Shown here one piece after another: positions 48,399-61,278 of a stretch of 64,000 bases of DNA (its first letter is position 1; each line of letters starts with the position of its first letter). Location of the stretch: assembly GCF_963853765.1 (NCBI RefSeq), contig NC_088854.1:41230001-41294000 (forward strand). Direction: 5' to 3'. Origin of the DNA: Magallana gigas (taxonomy: Eukaryota). The notes beneath the pieces are model-generated. The model ran no database searches. It was not told the DNA's origin and worked only from the letters and a program-made list of their open reading frames with translations. Made by a program: the position numbers and the translations under genes.

Positions 48399-50604
48399 AA
48401 TTAATCGATAGAGGGGAAAATCGTTTACGCAACGATTTCTTCCGGTACAAATGAACTTCATAAAATATTTTTACGATGTACGAGGACTTCGTAGTTCAGG
48501 GCAAGTCCAGTGCGTTTAGGAGGAGGAGATTAAACCCACCCAGCTGGTGTGCGTGCCTTCTCTCCAAATCTGTCGACCGCGATACTTGACCATAGTCTCC
48601 ATGAATTATAACGCAAGGATAAGAGAGATCAAGAGAGCCACCCTGGCTTAATAACCCATAGTTCTTTACCACCCGCCGCTACAGAACTCGTAAGCCTAAC
48701 GCACCCAGAAATCCTGTTCTCTTATCACGGTTTTATTTGTTTGGGGGGACATTTTTTCCCCCTCTCCCGTCCCATTATTTTCTATTTTCCGGGTAAGAAA
48801 TCAATATACATGCTCTTTAACAACAAAAGAAACGTAAAAAAAAAGCAATCTCTCTGTGAAAGCTCAAGGTCGTAAGAGATGTTTTTTTTCTATTTTAGTG
48901 ACAACACAGGTATTTTCTGTTTGTATACAATGCTTGGAAATTTGTCTAGAGAGTGAAATTTGAATACACAGAATTTTTTAAATCGTAAATATTTAGGAGA
49001 AAGAGAAGTTGGAGAAATCTGAGCCACTTAATTACCAGAACCCAGCTGAGATTCAATTCAATGAGCTCTATGTGATTTATTCAATCAAAAGATTATCTAG
49101 TAGGAATAATGCATTAAGGGATCTAAACAAGGATGTTTTTATTAAACCAAAGAGCCCAAAAATTCTGCAATTTGATTGGTCGTTCAAAAATGCACCATAC
49201 AGTTGAAAGTCATTCCTTTAAATACGAGGTTAATAAATTTACCTGTATCTTGCACCGTGCACTCTCTGTTACCCAATCATATATTTACCTTTATTTGGTT
49301 ACAGATTTCAGGGTTTCCGATATACGACTAATTGTCATGGAACGGTGGAAGGTGGAAGTTGATGTCGCGATGCTTTCAGACCTGATGCCATATCTATAAT
49401 TACATGAAACTAGAGGATCGTAAAGTCTGCAAAATTTCAATATTGTTTACAAGATTGGCTAAACCACATTCAATAAACCAAGCATTCATAATTCAGAAAT
49501 TGCCCTGTCGATAGCACTTCAACATTTATCAAGTCGGGGAATTACACGAAAGTGTAGTTGGAAGAAAGACGCGAATTTTGGACTGGAATCTGTCGAGTAT
49601 TTAATTAAAAGGTCTTTAGTAGAATAGCAATAACATTGGGGCTTTTTTGTAGGCTATCTGAAACAGTTAATTCTCCAAATCCACTGTAGTATCGTTCTAT
49701 GGACGTTCTCCGTCGCCTTAAGAGAACCCTTTATTACAACTTGGTAATATAATTGTGTAGAATTTTCTCCATACTTCAAAAGTAATCGGTCGTCAAATGC
49801 TGGTTAACCTCTTCAGAGTCCGCCAACCAAAGTTCTTGGAAGTTTGAAGTTCCTTGTACAAAAAAAACAAAAACAAAACTTAAAATCCTGATTTTATAGA
49901 ATACACATGCACGTAAATTCGGTACACGTGTATTCAACGTGTTCTGTAAAAATTAAAAAATGGAACGATTTGATTAAAAAACTTTCCAAGTTCATAAAAC
50001 ATCTTTCTGTATATGCCTAATTATTATTCTAATTCATAATGTTTTTGATTTGGCATTTCATGGTTGTACATGGATTTTGTGTTCATAGGTATATAATGTA
50101 ATTCAGCAAACAGTTGACCTTATCGTCAAAATAATCCGCATACACATTCATAAAAATATTTTATCATTAAATCTCTGGCAAGACATACTTTAAAAACATC
50201 TGATGGCTTCAAAAATCAAAGCATATACTTTAATTTCAAGGTCGTTCCGGAGATTTTTAAAAATGTATGCTACTTTTTGTAGATGTTTATCTTTGATGAT
50301 TCAATACGTACCCTATCAAATCTCAATGCCAAATTGTGTACTCTAAATCGTGTCCCCTTTAATTAAGCAACCCTTGGCTAATTGTTATGATAGATATCCT
50401 GTCTGTAAGACAGACTAAATAGTTGAAATAATCAGATGATTCAGATTGCAAAATAAAATCAATGCCAAAAGGGGAATTTATTTTTCATATTACTGTATTA
50501 TAATATTCGAATCGCTTCATCCTAAGTTCAGTAATATTGGTGAATGATAGCTGTGTTTCTGTTAACATTTTACTAGTATTTACCAAATTACCAAAGTGCA
50601 GTGA

Positions 50605-50750
50605 NNNNNNNNNNNNNNNNNNNNNNNNNNNNNNNNNNNNNNNNNNNNNNNNNNNNNNNNNNNNNNNNNNNNNNNNNNNNNNNNNNNNNNNNNNNNNNNN
50701 NNNNNNNNNNNNNNNNNNNNNNNNNNNNNNNNNNNNNNNNNNNNNNNNNN
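50605..50750. other. Assembly gap (146 N)
   Basis: Run of N. Confidence 1.
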
Positions 50751-51404
50751 TCAGAATGAATGACTTTTTAAAAAAATCCCACTTTTACGTCATCTGTTTC
50801 AGAAAAACAAATAAAATCAAATCATTCAAATAATACCAGTATTCCAAACACATACGCACACGCGCGCATATATATGATATTACATTCAAACTGCTTCAAT
50901 GATTACTTAAATGAAAAATTTACAATTGACAATAACTGCAATTTAATGATTAATGATAAGTAATTTTCAGGCGCATATAACGAATTTAGATGGAACAATC
51001 CCGATTTTTTAAAGATCTAATTTCAGCACGAAAAATATTTTCAAAATTGGTATGAAGTAAACACATTATAAACAAACATGTTTTAAAAATTCATTTTTTA
51101 CCCTCTCAGGAGATAAATATTTATTTCATATACACGCCCTACGTGACGGTTATAATGACTTTAAATGAACAATCGAACAAACTGGAACGCATCCGAATTG
51201 ATTCAACCAATGTTACCGTCTAATTGAATCAGTCAACAGAAGTATAGATACATAGCGTACCTTTGTTAATTTTTTTTGTTGTTTTGATAGCCCGTGAAGT
51301 GAGGCACCCTATCTTTACAATCTAGACAAAACCATTTAATACGTCACAAACATATACTTTCGGCTTAAAAAGGTATGCGGGATTGTCGGAGATTCAATAT
51401 TGAT

Positions 51405-51460
51405 TGATTGGCCGGGGGTATATTTAATCCTACCTGTGGTATATATACTGACTTTTAGTG
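51405..51460 (+). promoter_or_regulatory. Candidate core promoter of the 99-aa gene
   Basis: Reverse CCAAT (ATTGG, 51407-51411), TATTTAA at 51421, a TATATATA run at about 51440 and an initiator-like TTAGT at about 51455. Confidence 0.35.
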
Positions 51461-51637
51461 CAACACCGTCAGAAAAACCAAGGTGCTATCCAGGGTAACA
51501 TGTTGATAGGAAAAGTTATCAAAGTCTGTGCACCTATAGCTGGAAGTATTATCGTTGAAGTCTGAAGACGAAAACTCAGTAAAAAAGAAAGAAAAAGGAA
51601 GTTTAAGCAGTGTGAATATAACACTACGATCTGAAAT

Positions 51638-51937
51638 ATGACAACTTTGAAGATTTACAACGGTGCAGAACTGGCTGCAAATGACCATGTGGAACATTTT
51701 AAAATGACCAGACAACAGTTCTCGCCCAAGAAACGTTTAACGGGACAGCTAAGTTCGTCAAGTGACAAAAGCAGCGGAAGCTGCGCATTTAGCTCTGGAC
51801 AAGAGAGCAAGACGTCTTCCTCCGATAACTTGAACGGAAGTGAGAGTATGTGTTCTTTAGACCGAGATACCATGGACAGATGCATGCAATGGTTAAAAGG
51901 TCTGCCTACAAAGTTCTCTGCTATTCATGTGCAATGA
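51638..51937 (+). CDS. 99-aa Ser-rich small protein, paralog of the C-terminal part of the 42303 ORF
   Basis: MTTLKIYNGAELAANDHVEH vs MASLKLDNRQELASNDHARH (11/20 identical); DRCMQWLKGLPTKFSAIHV vs DKCLKWMETLPQKFSGMHI (9/19 identical). AATAAA at 52112-52117. Confidence 0.75.
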   Translation: MTTLKIYNGAELAANDHVEHFKMTRQQFSPKKRLTGQLSSSSDKSSGSCAFSSGQESKTSSSDNLNGSESMCSLDRDTMDRCMQWLKGLPTKFSAIHVQ

Positions 51938-54900
51938 ACACCTGCTTCAGAGAACTGTTGCAATAATGTGTCAAATCAACATTTTTGCCATACTTAACTC
52001 AGGCTATTTCATTTATTTTCATTCGGGAGAAATGCAATATTTGTATTTTTTCTTCGTATCGTATCTAAAATCTTGAATGGAGATTTCAGTTTTTATATTG
52101 ATGTTTTATACATTTATTCGCAATAAATTGTCTATGCCTTATTTTCCTTCTTTTGAGTTTTTGAAATGGCTATAACAGAGATACTATTTATCTCTCGTTG
52201 ATTGAAATTATTCCTCCCAGTTATTTGTTATGTCGACAGCCAATTTTATATATCTGGTTTTAGATATATTTTGCAAATCGAATGTAATTTCAGGTGCACA
52301 GGCTCCAAGAAATTGATCGTCTTTTCAAATATTGCAGTAAAAGTCTAGTAATTAAATATGCATATCAAATTATAACAAGAACATTGGAACTGATATGTGT
52401 CGAATTGGATTTTAACAAGAGGTTCGTTTTTAATGCCTTTCTAGAAAGTCACCGGTAATCAAGATTTCTTAATATAAAAACCAAGTATAAACATTTTATC
52501 AAATTCAGGTATTCGTTGATAATATTCTGTATGGAAGCTTTCTCAATCGTCCCTAGTATGTCGTATGTCAAAACAAATGAATTGAAATCCTTAGAACGGA
52601 GGCAACATATTGGTTTGTATTATGTCTGTAAGAAGAGCATGTCATGTAATAATCTTTTTCGGCCCTCTAACATGCTCTAATATTGAGAAGTGCTTTAAAA
52701 AAATGGCGCAAACCCATTTACTCTAATAAAGCGATATAGGCCTATTAATTACAAGTATAGGGTCTTTTAATTTATATATTTAATATGATTTGAGTTAATC
52801 AGAACTTTCACCTACATCTAATAGTGAATAATTGGTACATAATTGTGTAATCCAGTTAGATCTGGGTTGTGTTACTGGGTGAAAAAGGATTACTGGACGG
52901 ATTAGGATATCACCATAAAAAAGGAAAGAGAAGGGCTTAGACACCCAGCCACATACTTAAGGGTTGCACAGCATTTTTACCTGTCATGTTGATTGAGCAG
53001 TACTCGAGTGCAGGAAGAGAAAAATGCAAGAAACGATACTCAAAATGGACCGTAGCACGGAGTATCGTTTTTGTATCAAACATTTCTTGCTTTCGATAGG
53101 CGATCCCCCTAATTTATTTGTCATGGCGAATACTTGTCCACTATTTTGGGATCAAAGATCTAATTGTGTTTGTAGATATAAGAACTTCTGCAAACGAATT
53201 CGATTCAATTTAGAATAAAATCTAGATAATATTTTTTTGAAGTGTTTAATTTTTATATTTACTTCCAGCGAGTAAATTTAAAACCAAATAGGAACCTACC
53301 TATATGTGTGCATAATAGGTACAGGCCGTTGAAGGATGTTCCAAATTTGTCGACTTTATAACCGAATTATAATTGGATTGATCTCGACGATCAATTCGTC
53401 AAGTTTATTTTTGATAGATATTTAAAGCAACGAGAAAGTAATTATCCCCTCCATTTTAAGCCATTGTGATGGATGACAGCAAAGTATAGAGGAAAGAACT
53501 AAATCGGGATGGGCCCACCGTGCTTCATTCAGAAACTATACCCATCGAACAATGCCAAACTAATTCCCTGGATAAACGCAACACAAACACATTCAATTAA
53601 CAACTATCAATCCATAAGTAAAAGTTTAGGAGTTATTAGATGAGAGATTGATATATCTGATGACAAATCCACTTTCAACGAGCTGGCAAGCCATACTCAT
53701 TCAAAATACAATGGAAAATGGAGAGCGGAAAGAGATGAAATTTCATGCTTTCACAGAAAAGAAAGTACAAAAAATGATTGCTTTATTATTTTGATAATAG
53801 CTTTATGTCAAATGACAGGACACCAATGGACAAAAAAATGTACATTATTGGCATAAATAAAAAACAATTTAAAACTCTATTCTATCAGTAAATGAATCTT
53901 GATCCCGACCACAGAGAGACACGCTGCCGGTTGCACGTAACTTTGAACTTTATAACTGTGAAGGGCACCCTGTATTGTCCTCAGCGTGTAACAAACATAC
54001 ACACAGTGTCATAAATAATATCAATTGGTTAGTATCAAAAAATTTAACAGGGCAATGCAACATATTGAAGAGGCAGTAAACTTCCGAAAATATTTGTTTG
54101 CGATTCGTCCATAGCGTACAATGTACTGATAAATCCCGCTATCCTTGATCTTTTTGGCAAGGTTCGATCTTGCATGCTCGATCTCTGGCATTTCTCGTGT
54201 CTGCCCTTTTGATAGGTTTACATGTATACGTAACATGAGTGCCTTGTTTATCTGTTTTGTATATGGGTTCTATTTCTTCCTTTATTCGTTTGTCCTTGGC
54301 ATGGGAAGACCCGTATTTGGGATGAATGTCATTCTGATGTACATTTGGAATGCTTGCTTGCAATACATTCTAAAATGCATGTGACATATTCCTTGTGGGA
54401 TGAAAATATTTAAGTAAAATATGATTCATGTACATCTATTCCTAAATGTGCGTGTATCCATTTGGCAAACAACTGGAAGTAGAAAATGTGAATAAACAAA
54501 CATTCAATCTGAAGGAAATAAAAGATGCTGGCATACCCGATAAATATTGCTTTCAAGAGTTACCATTTTTAAAACTTCATACAGTTATTGTGTGAGTTAT
54601 AAAGGATTTGGGATTGCAATAACTCTGTTCCTTTGAGTTTTATTTGACAAAGCATTTTTTTTTCTTTGATTTAGAAAGGAAACTTCGAGTTAGCCACTCG
54701 ACACAACAGACACTTTTCAATTCAATTCTTTATTTCTTTAAGCTTTACAGCTTATCAGTATGACATATGTATAACATGAGGTGGTAGTGTATTTACAGGA
54801 GAACTTCTGCACGTACAGATAATAACATTTACTGTTACATATACAGGTTGAGAAAACAAAAGACTACAATTATGTAATACAGTTGTCCCTTAATAACATA

Positions 54901-55699
54901 CTTTTTGAGATGAATTTGCCAAGATTACAGAGATCTTTAACATTGTCAGTATTAAAAAGTTGAATTAATTTAAACATTTAAGGTTTTTTTTACAACATTA
55001 TAGCCCATCTGTCAATACAGAAAATATAAAAAAGAAACCAATCAACCCAACTTATTGCTACCTGTGAAACAATTAAGTCATAATTCTATCAGAATTAAGG
55101 AACATGCACGTACTATATAATTATTATATAGCTTACCTTGAAACAATATTTGATATTAATTAACACTTGTTTTACGGTAATTCATTGCTTTAAGACGAAA
55201 AATGGAGTTTTCATTCGAACTCTCAGAATAATGCATTTTAATTCAGCTTTTTATTTTATTTTTTTTCCTAGATTTTTCTGTAACATTTGAAGAGTTGATG
55301 TGCAATTGTGATAATGATCAATAATTACCTTGGTTACTAGCTTACACAGCGTATTTAATAAATGGAGACCAAAAACAGGTGAATAAGTACTCAAAACAGG
55401 TGAATAAGTACTCAAGCTCCAATGTTTATAAATAACCAAAGCGTGCCTATTTTGGCTGCTTCGTAAGACTAAATCAAATACCGACTGTGTATATTTTCAT
55501 TGTTAAATTTAATTAAACATTGAAGTCTCGGCGGTGCATTAAACTTTATGCAACCGCAGACACCAGGAATAGTTTCGTAACCGTAATAAACTTCGTACTT
55601 TACTACGATTGTTGACGGTTTCTTTGAAGTCACCCGGTGTATTGGTAAGTAAGAGCTGGAGATCGATTGCAAATCAATCGTGGACATGGGGTGTAAAGT

Positions 55700-56475
55700 T
55701 CAATGAGGTAAACCACCGTCTTCTTCTGCCTGCATGGGGCCTTGGTCAGTCTCAAGCTGAGGGTTGACCTAAGGAGACTGTTATCGAAGGTGCATGATGT
55801 GTACTGTCCGAAATGTCCTTAGTTCATTGTGATTTATTTTAGTTTTGTAATTTTCGACCTTTGAAACCCGAGGGGATCAAAGGTATTTTCTCAATTTGAC
55901 TACAGTTCTACCGGTGTACCGACATTCATATACATGTACATGTAATTAGCCAGTCCGTCGATTTGTTATTCTCTGATTTTTTACCCAATAACCCTTTTTA
56001 AGAAACAGTTTTCAATTTTCTATATATTCCCTTTAACAAACTCACGATAAAAAAGCCCGATCTTATTTCGGTGTATACTACATAGTATTTACACATGTAA
56101 TTCTAAGACAAAACCAGTCATAAAAACAAAACAGTAGAGAAATTCATTGTGTAGCATAAATATATGTGGTTACATGTACATGGCAGAGAAATGTTGCTCA
56201 GGTGAGCACTGCAAACTTGGAGCATGCGGTAATTAAAAAACTCAAACTTAGCACTGTACGGAACACATTTAAATACGTACTACATCGATGAACACTTTCA
56301 CTGCAGTAAGCAATGTTCCTGATTTCATGGACCTACATGGCCCCTCCATTCAGAGGATCTTAATGATGGAAGTTACATGTAATTGGGGTTTATATTCATG
56401 AGCAAGCTTTTGCTGTTTCTGTTGTTGATGTTGTTTTCGCTTTGCCTTTTCGATATTTTTCCATAAACACTGATG
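55700..56475 (-). CDS. Candidate last two coding exons of an unannotated gene (56377-56475 and 55700-55768)
   Basis: TTTATAG|CAT...CAT|GTAACT is a 99-nt phase-0 exon reading HQCLWKNIEKAKRKQHQQQKQQKLAHEYKPQLH. TCTCCTTAG|GTC...TGA reads VNPQLETDQGPMQAEEDGGLPH*. AT-rich UTR-like sequence with minus-strand AATAAA (54729-54734, 54639-54644) follows. No family recognised. Confidence 0.45.
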
Positions 56476-58248
56476 CTATAAATTCAGTGTGATCGGGGTT
56501 TTGGGGTTTTTCTAGGTGGTGTGTTTTTGAGGGTCTGCGCAGTCTACAAGACATGATACTTTAAACTGATAATAATTTCTTACAAGTATTTTAGTGCATT
56601 ACCTTTTTTTTTCTAAAATGTTGGCTAGACAATTTATAAATAAATGTGATTTTTTTAAAAATTTATTTGTGAATTTCCATTTTCACGTATGTTGGGATTA
56701 AACTTTAGGTATGAGCTTTTTATTTAAAAAAAAATACCGCAGAAGCTGGTAAAATGTCGGAACGTGGTGTAAAAAGGTAACAAGGTACAAAAAAGCACAC
56801 GAAGTAAGCTTTGTATAGCTACACATTAATATGTGTATTCGAAAAATTAAGTCGTTTGCTTTTTGATTCCAGCGCAAACAGTCTTGCTTTTCAACAAAGC
56901 CTTGTTTGCAAAACGACCTGTCTAGGGGGATAAGAAATATACTAACACACTGTGTATATTGCTATCTAACTTTGAAAAGAAACTTTTGCAACGTCAAGTG
57001 TCTGTGGGATAGGACATGTTCCAAACATAATCATACTGTAATGGAATCTTCAAAAATCTAAGAGCTTAGGGGTCAATGCACTGGCAGGGACCCACAAAAT
57101 CAGAGAAGGGGATTTGGGGTTTTCTGTGCGTTTGTCACTGGTATGCCGGTGTATGCTAGGTTCACGGCGACTCACACACCTAGGTTTGACATGTAATCGA
57201 TAACTAAGCATCGTGTCTGTCATTTCATATAAAAGATCCCATAATCCATCTCTTTTTCACAAGGAGTTGGGTAAACACAGTCTACGTCAGTGCACAGCAT
57301 TCATAGACAGATTCCTTCTTTTATATCTGCACTTTTGTTATTAACCGTGTGTCTCTATGTACTATAGTTTATTTTACTACACGTGCATCGAAATCTTCCG
57401 TGATTATCAAGTGAAGGACATTTAGAAATGTTTTGTGTGTGCAAAGCATTGCATAAGGATTTCAAACAAATTTAATGTCGTTAAAATGCCTTGGTTTTTA
57501 TTCAATTTTTTTTTTTAGCAAAGTGGATTCCTAGAGAGACACATTACATAACAGTCGCTGCGTCGAGTGGTATCAAAGTAATTGTTTTTAAAAAATTAGA
57601 ATGAAACAAAATATTACTGACACGTGGTGGGTAGGGGGTTACTTTTTCCCTGAGGGGACAATTTTTGCATTTATAAGTTAAAAGAGAAAAAAAAAATCAA
57701 GCTAAGTTACCCCATCTCTAGTAAGCTTCTCGTACCCTTATTAAAACTAAAATCTCCGACTACTGATTGATACAATTTTTATTGAATTTTCAGGGGCTAC
57801 AAACTTGTCATATCAGCATTTCCTTCACTCAGTGTAACCTTGTGATAATGATAGTGATACATGAAACCAAATTTCTTCCTATAAACAGTTCTAGAGAACT
57901 ATAGCAGACCATTTCAGGAGGAAGAAAAAACTATGAGCAATCGAAAACACAACTTCCTGAAGACAAATAATCAAAAGAGATGGCGGCGCCCTTTTAAGAG
58001 GGTCGATAGTCATTGCCATTTTTAGACTGTGTTGATCTTTAGAGGAAGAGCTCTAGGATAATAGTTTATAGCTAAACAAATAAAACATCTTCAAATTTTA
58101 AGGTAGATTTAGTGGTTAATTTTCAAACCATCTAGCCTCCTTAAATTGTATCTGTCGTGACTTTTTGATTATAACACTTTATAAATGGAGTCTGAATGAG
58201 TATATTCTTGCTGTGTCACAAATTCCGTCTCATCTCAAAGATGATTTA

Positions 58249-58372
58249 TGTTTAAAATTAATCAAACCGCATGATACAGATAAGTCGGTCGTTGCTTTGA
58301 TAGTGTGTCATGTTTAAAATTAATCAAACCGCATAATACAGAGAAGTCGGTCGTTGCTTTGATAGTGTGTCA
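58249..58372. repeat. Two-unit 62-bp tandem duplication
   Basis: TGTTT(T)AAAATTAATCAAACCGCAT(G/A)ATACAGA(T/G)AAGTCGGTCGTTGCTTTGATAGTGTGTCA occurs twice. Confidence 0.9.
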
Positions 58373-61242
58373 TCTACAAATGCACAGTCTATATAACTGC
58401 AATCAAAGCGCAAGGAGAGATCGGGGTTACGATATGAGAACATTTTCAAAAGGTGTGGACATGAAATAAAAGTACTTCTAGACTTTTCAGAGTACATGTC
58501 ATCGTAAATCATCATGATCTGATGGCTCTATAGAATTCCTGCCGACTTTTCTAGACTTGAATCAGAAATTGACCTCGGTTAATGCAAACTGTGAGCTTAT
58601 CATATCTAACACAAGTAATTAAAATTCAATTCACGTGTGCCGTACACCTTGCAAACACTTCCTGTACATATATAGAGTATTGAACCGTGTTGCTATTTAA
58701 ACATTTTTTGTGGTTTTAATCAAACATTAATGCGTTCTATGTACAGTTCATTTGTAAATGACTAGCAAACATTTGAATGTATATGCACACAATTTAGAAA
58801 GGACATTTACAATTAGTGACGTCATTGCCCTGCATGTTGAATAGACTACAGTGCAAAAATATGTCTTTAAAGAAAGGAAATAGCCATTCCGGCAATCTCC
58901 GGCTCTTTCTTTTTTCACTGCATCTAATTTTCACAACTTGAATTGATCAATAGTTTCAGCTGTGTCAATGACGTCAAAATAGTGGTTACCAGATGAAAAA
59001 TTCAGTCGTACTGTATTTTCATTTAAATTTCTGTGTTAAATATACATGTATCTATTTTGAATTAATCATTTTATGCAATAAATGTAACCTGAACAATAAC
59101 ACCTTTTTAATAGGCCAGTGTTAAGGTTTTTGCTTCGTTTCAATGCTACATGCGTAATGAAATGAAATTTGACAAAATTTATGACGCCGATAATACGTAC
59201 AATTCCTTAGTCTTGAGTGCAGAAAATAAATTTAAAGAATGAAAGAAAGAAAGAAATTTCACGTTGGAGGTGCGGTCGATGCAGATCTACATGTAGTACA
59301 ATGTATTTAAAATTATTATTTTTTGTAATATATTCGATCACTTTGATAGCCCTACATGTACATGCATGCCAGATATACTCTCATAGAGGCTCCAACACGA
59401 TTTTTTAAAAATAATTATGTAAAATTAAAATTTAGATCGAAATTGCAAGTATTAATGGACCGGAGGGGTACTTTACTTTTTACCGATTACGGGTTTTGAA
59501 CGTTTTTAAATTTTGAATATGTAGTGACCCGTGTTGTTGATCTCATTTTCTTCTCACCTGCTTGCTTTTTATTATTGAGTATCTCCTTCCTTGATTTGTT
59601 TTCTTTTCCGAGAAACAAGCTCTAAAAAATATTGATAAGCCTTTCTTCTAATCAAACACTTCAGCATATAAATGGATGATAAAGGACGGAAACTGAGCCC
59701 TTTGGTACGAAAATAGATCTACATTTTTGTAGAACTGAAGTTGATTTTTTTTACCACGACAATAAAAATACACTTTTTTATGGAACAGTTTTATACAAAA
59801 ATAACATCCTTCTTTGGAACGTTACAAACACGGGAAAATCTCGAATCGTGGATTTATGGAAGAATTTTCATTCGCTACGTTCTATCATACTGAAGGTGTA
59901 AAGCGAGATAACTCGCTAAATAATATTCGTAGATCTGTGGAATTTCACGTTGGAAAATTTTTCTAATTAGAAATTCAAAATCATATGGTTTATTTTTTAT
60001 CATTTCAGAATAAATCTCTATATGGTTTTTTGTTCTATAATCCCTATTTGCCATGATAGGGATTCTATTTGAACTTAAAAGTTTGGGGGGTTTTGTGAGT
60101 CACTGTGGTGTTCTCTTTTCTGGGGTTTTTTTTTTTTTTGGTGTTTTTTTTTTATGGGTTTTATTCATTAGAAGTTTTAGTTTGAAAGCTATCATTTCTT
60201 TAAAACTAAGTTGGTTTAAACTACAAATTATTCTCCAAACTCAAATGTTCATCGTTGGTGTATGAAAATTTGCTTTATTCCAAAAGGATTATTATTTAAA
60301 TTGTAACCTCCATTCCAAAACAAAGGAAAATAGCATGTAGCTTTGTCACGTTTTCACTTTATCAGTTTTATTATTTTTTTTTTTTTTAAATATTTTCTTC
60401 ACCAACCTCCATATGGGCCACTCTTCTTATGAATTGAAAAGGAGCAAGGGTGGGGTGGGTGGGGAGTAACCGTTTTAAAATTCGAGTAGGTATAGTGAAA
60501 AGAATACCTAAGTAGTACTGTGTGCCAAGATTTTATATAATAATATATAGAAAAATATTTTACAACGTTCGATTATGTAGTTCATGGATTAAAAAAAAGT
60601 ACATTTCGTCATTAAATAAAAACATATATGACTGCCGTCATAATATAATAATATAATTTCTGTATTTTGATTGTTTGATTGGGAACACTAATATTAAAGG
60701 ACAGGTGACACAAAATCATTTTCTTCCTAAAACATATTCTTTGATACAAATAAATCATTTTAAAACAATTTTCCCATTTGAATAGCTTCAGATAAGAACA
60801 CACAGTGTGCTGAAAATCCCAGCTGCAGGTGATCAAAACCGTAAATGTAATTGTACATGCAGTAAATGGTAATGAGAATGGTTACATGCGAGTACATGCA
60901 ATGAAGACGTATTACCACTTACATGCTGCTAACAATGTAATAAAAATATGTGGTAAATAGGTGAGAATGGATTGCACGTCTAGCAATCATTGTCTAGGGG
61001 TTTTTTTTTTTTAATCTCCCCACCCGCCTCCAACATACCCACCCCACCCGCCACTGCTACTGCCAGCATACTTATAAATGTGTGTCCAACTTTTTTACAG
61101 AGAGTTTCTATAGAAATATTTTTTTAAATTTTTGTTTGTATGCAAAGCCTTCTCTAGTTTTTAATCGTACTAAATAACCCACCTTCTGAAATCCGGATAT
61201 TTTTATTCCGTCGCGATTTCATTGTAGGTAATTTACGAATAT

Positions 61243-61278
61243 TCTTCCTTTTCCGGTTGCCATTCACATCAGGTTAAC
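61243..61278 (+). promoter_or_regulatory. TCT/5'TOP start site and first non-coding exon of RPL31
   Basis: Polypyrimidine TCTTCCTTTTCC at 61243-61254, then donor CAG|GTTAAC at 61272/61273. TCT/TOP starts are established for metazoan ribosomal protein genes. Confidence 0.65.

Noticed and set aside
60925-60945. Possible 6-nt minus-strand micro-exon (TTAG|CAGCAT|GTAAGT)
   Set aside because: The splice-like words are good, but nothing ties it to a reading frame and such matches arise by chance.
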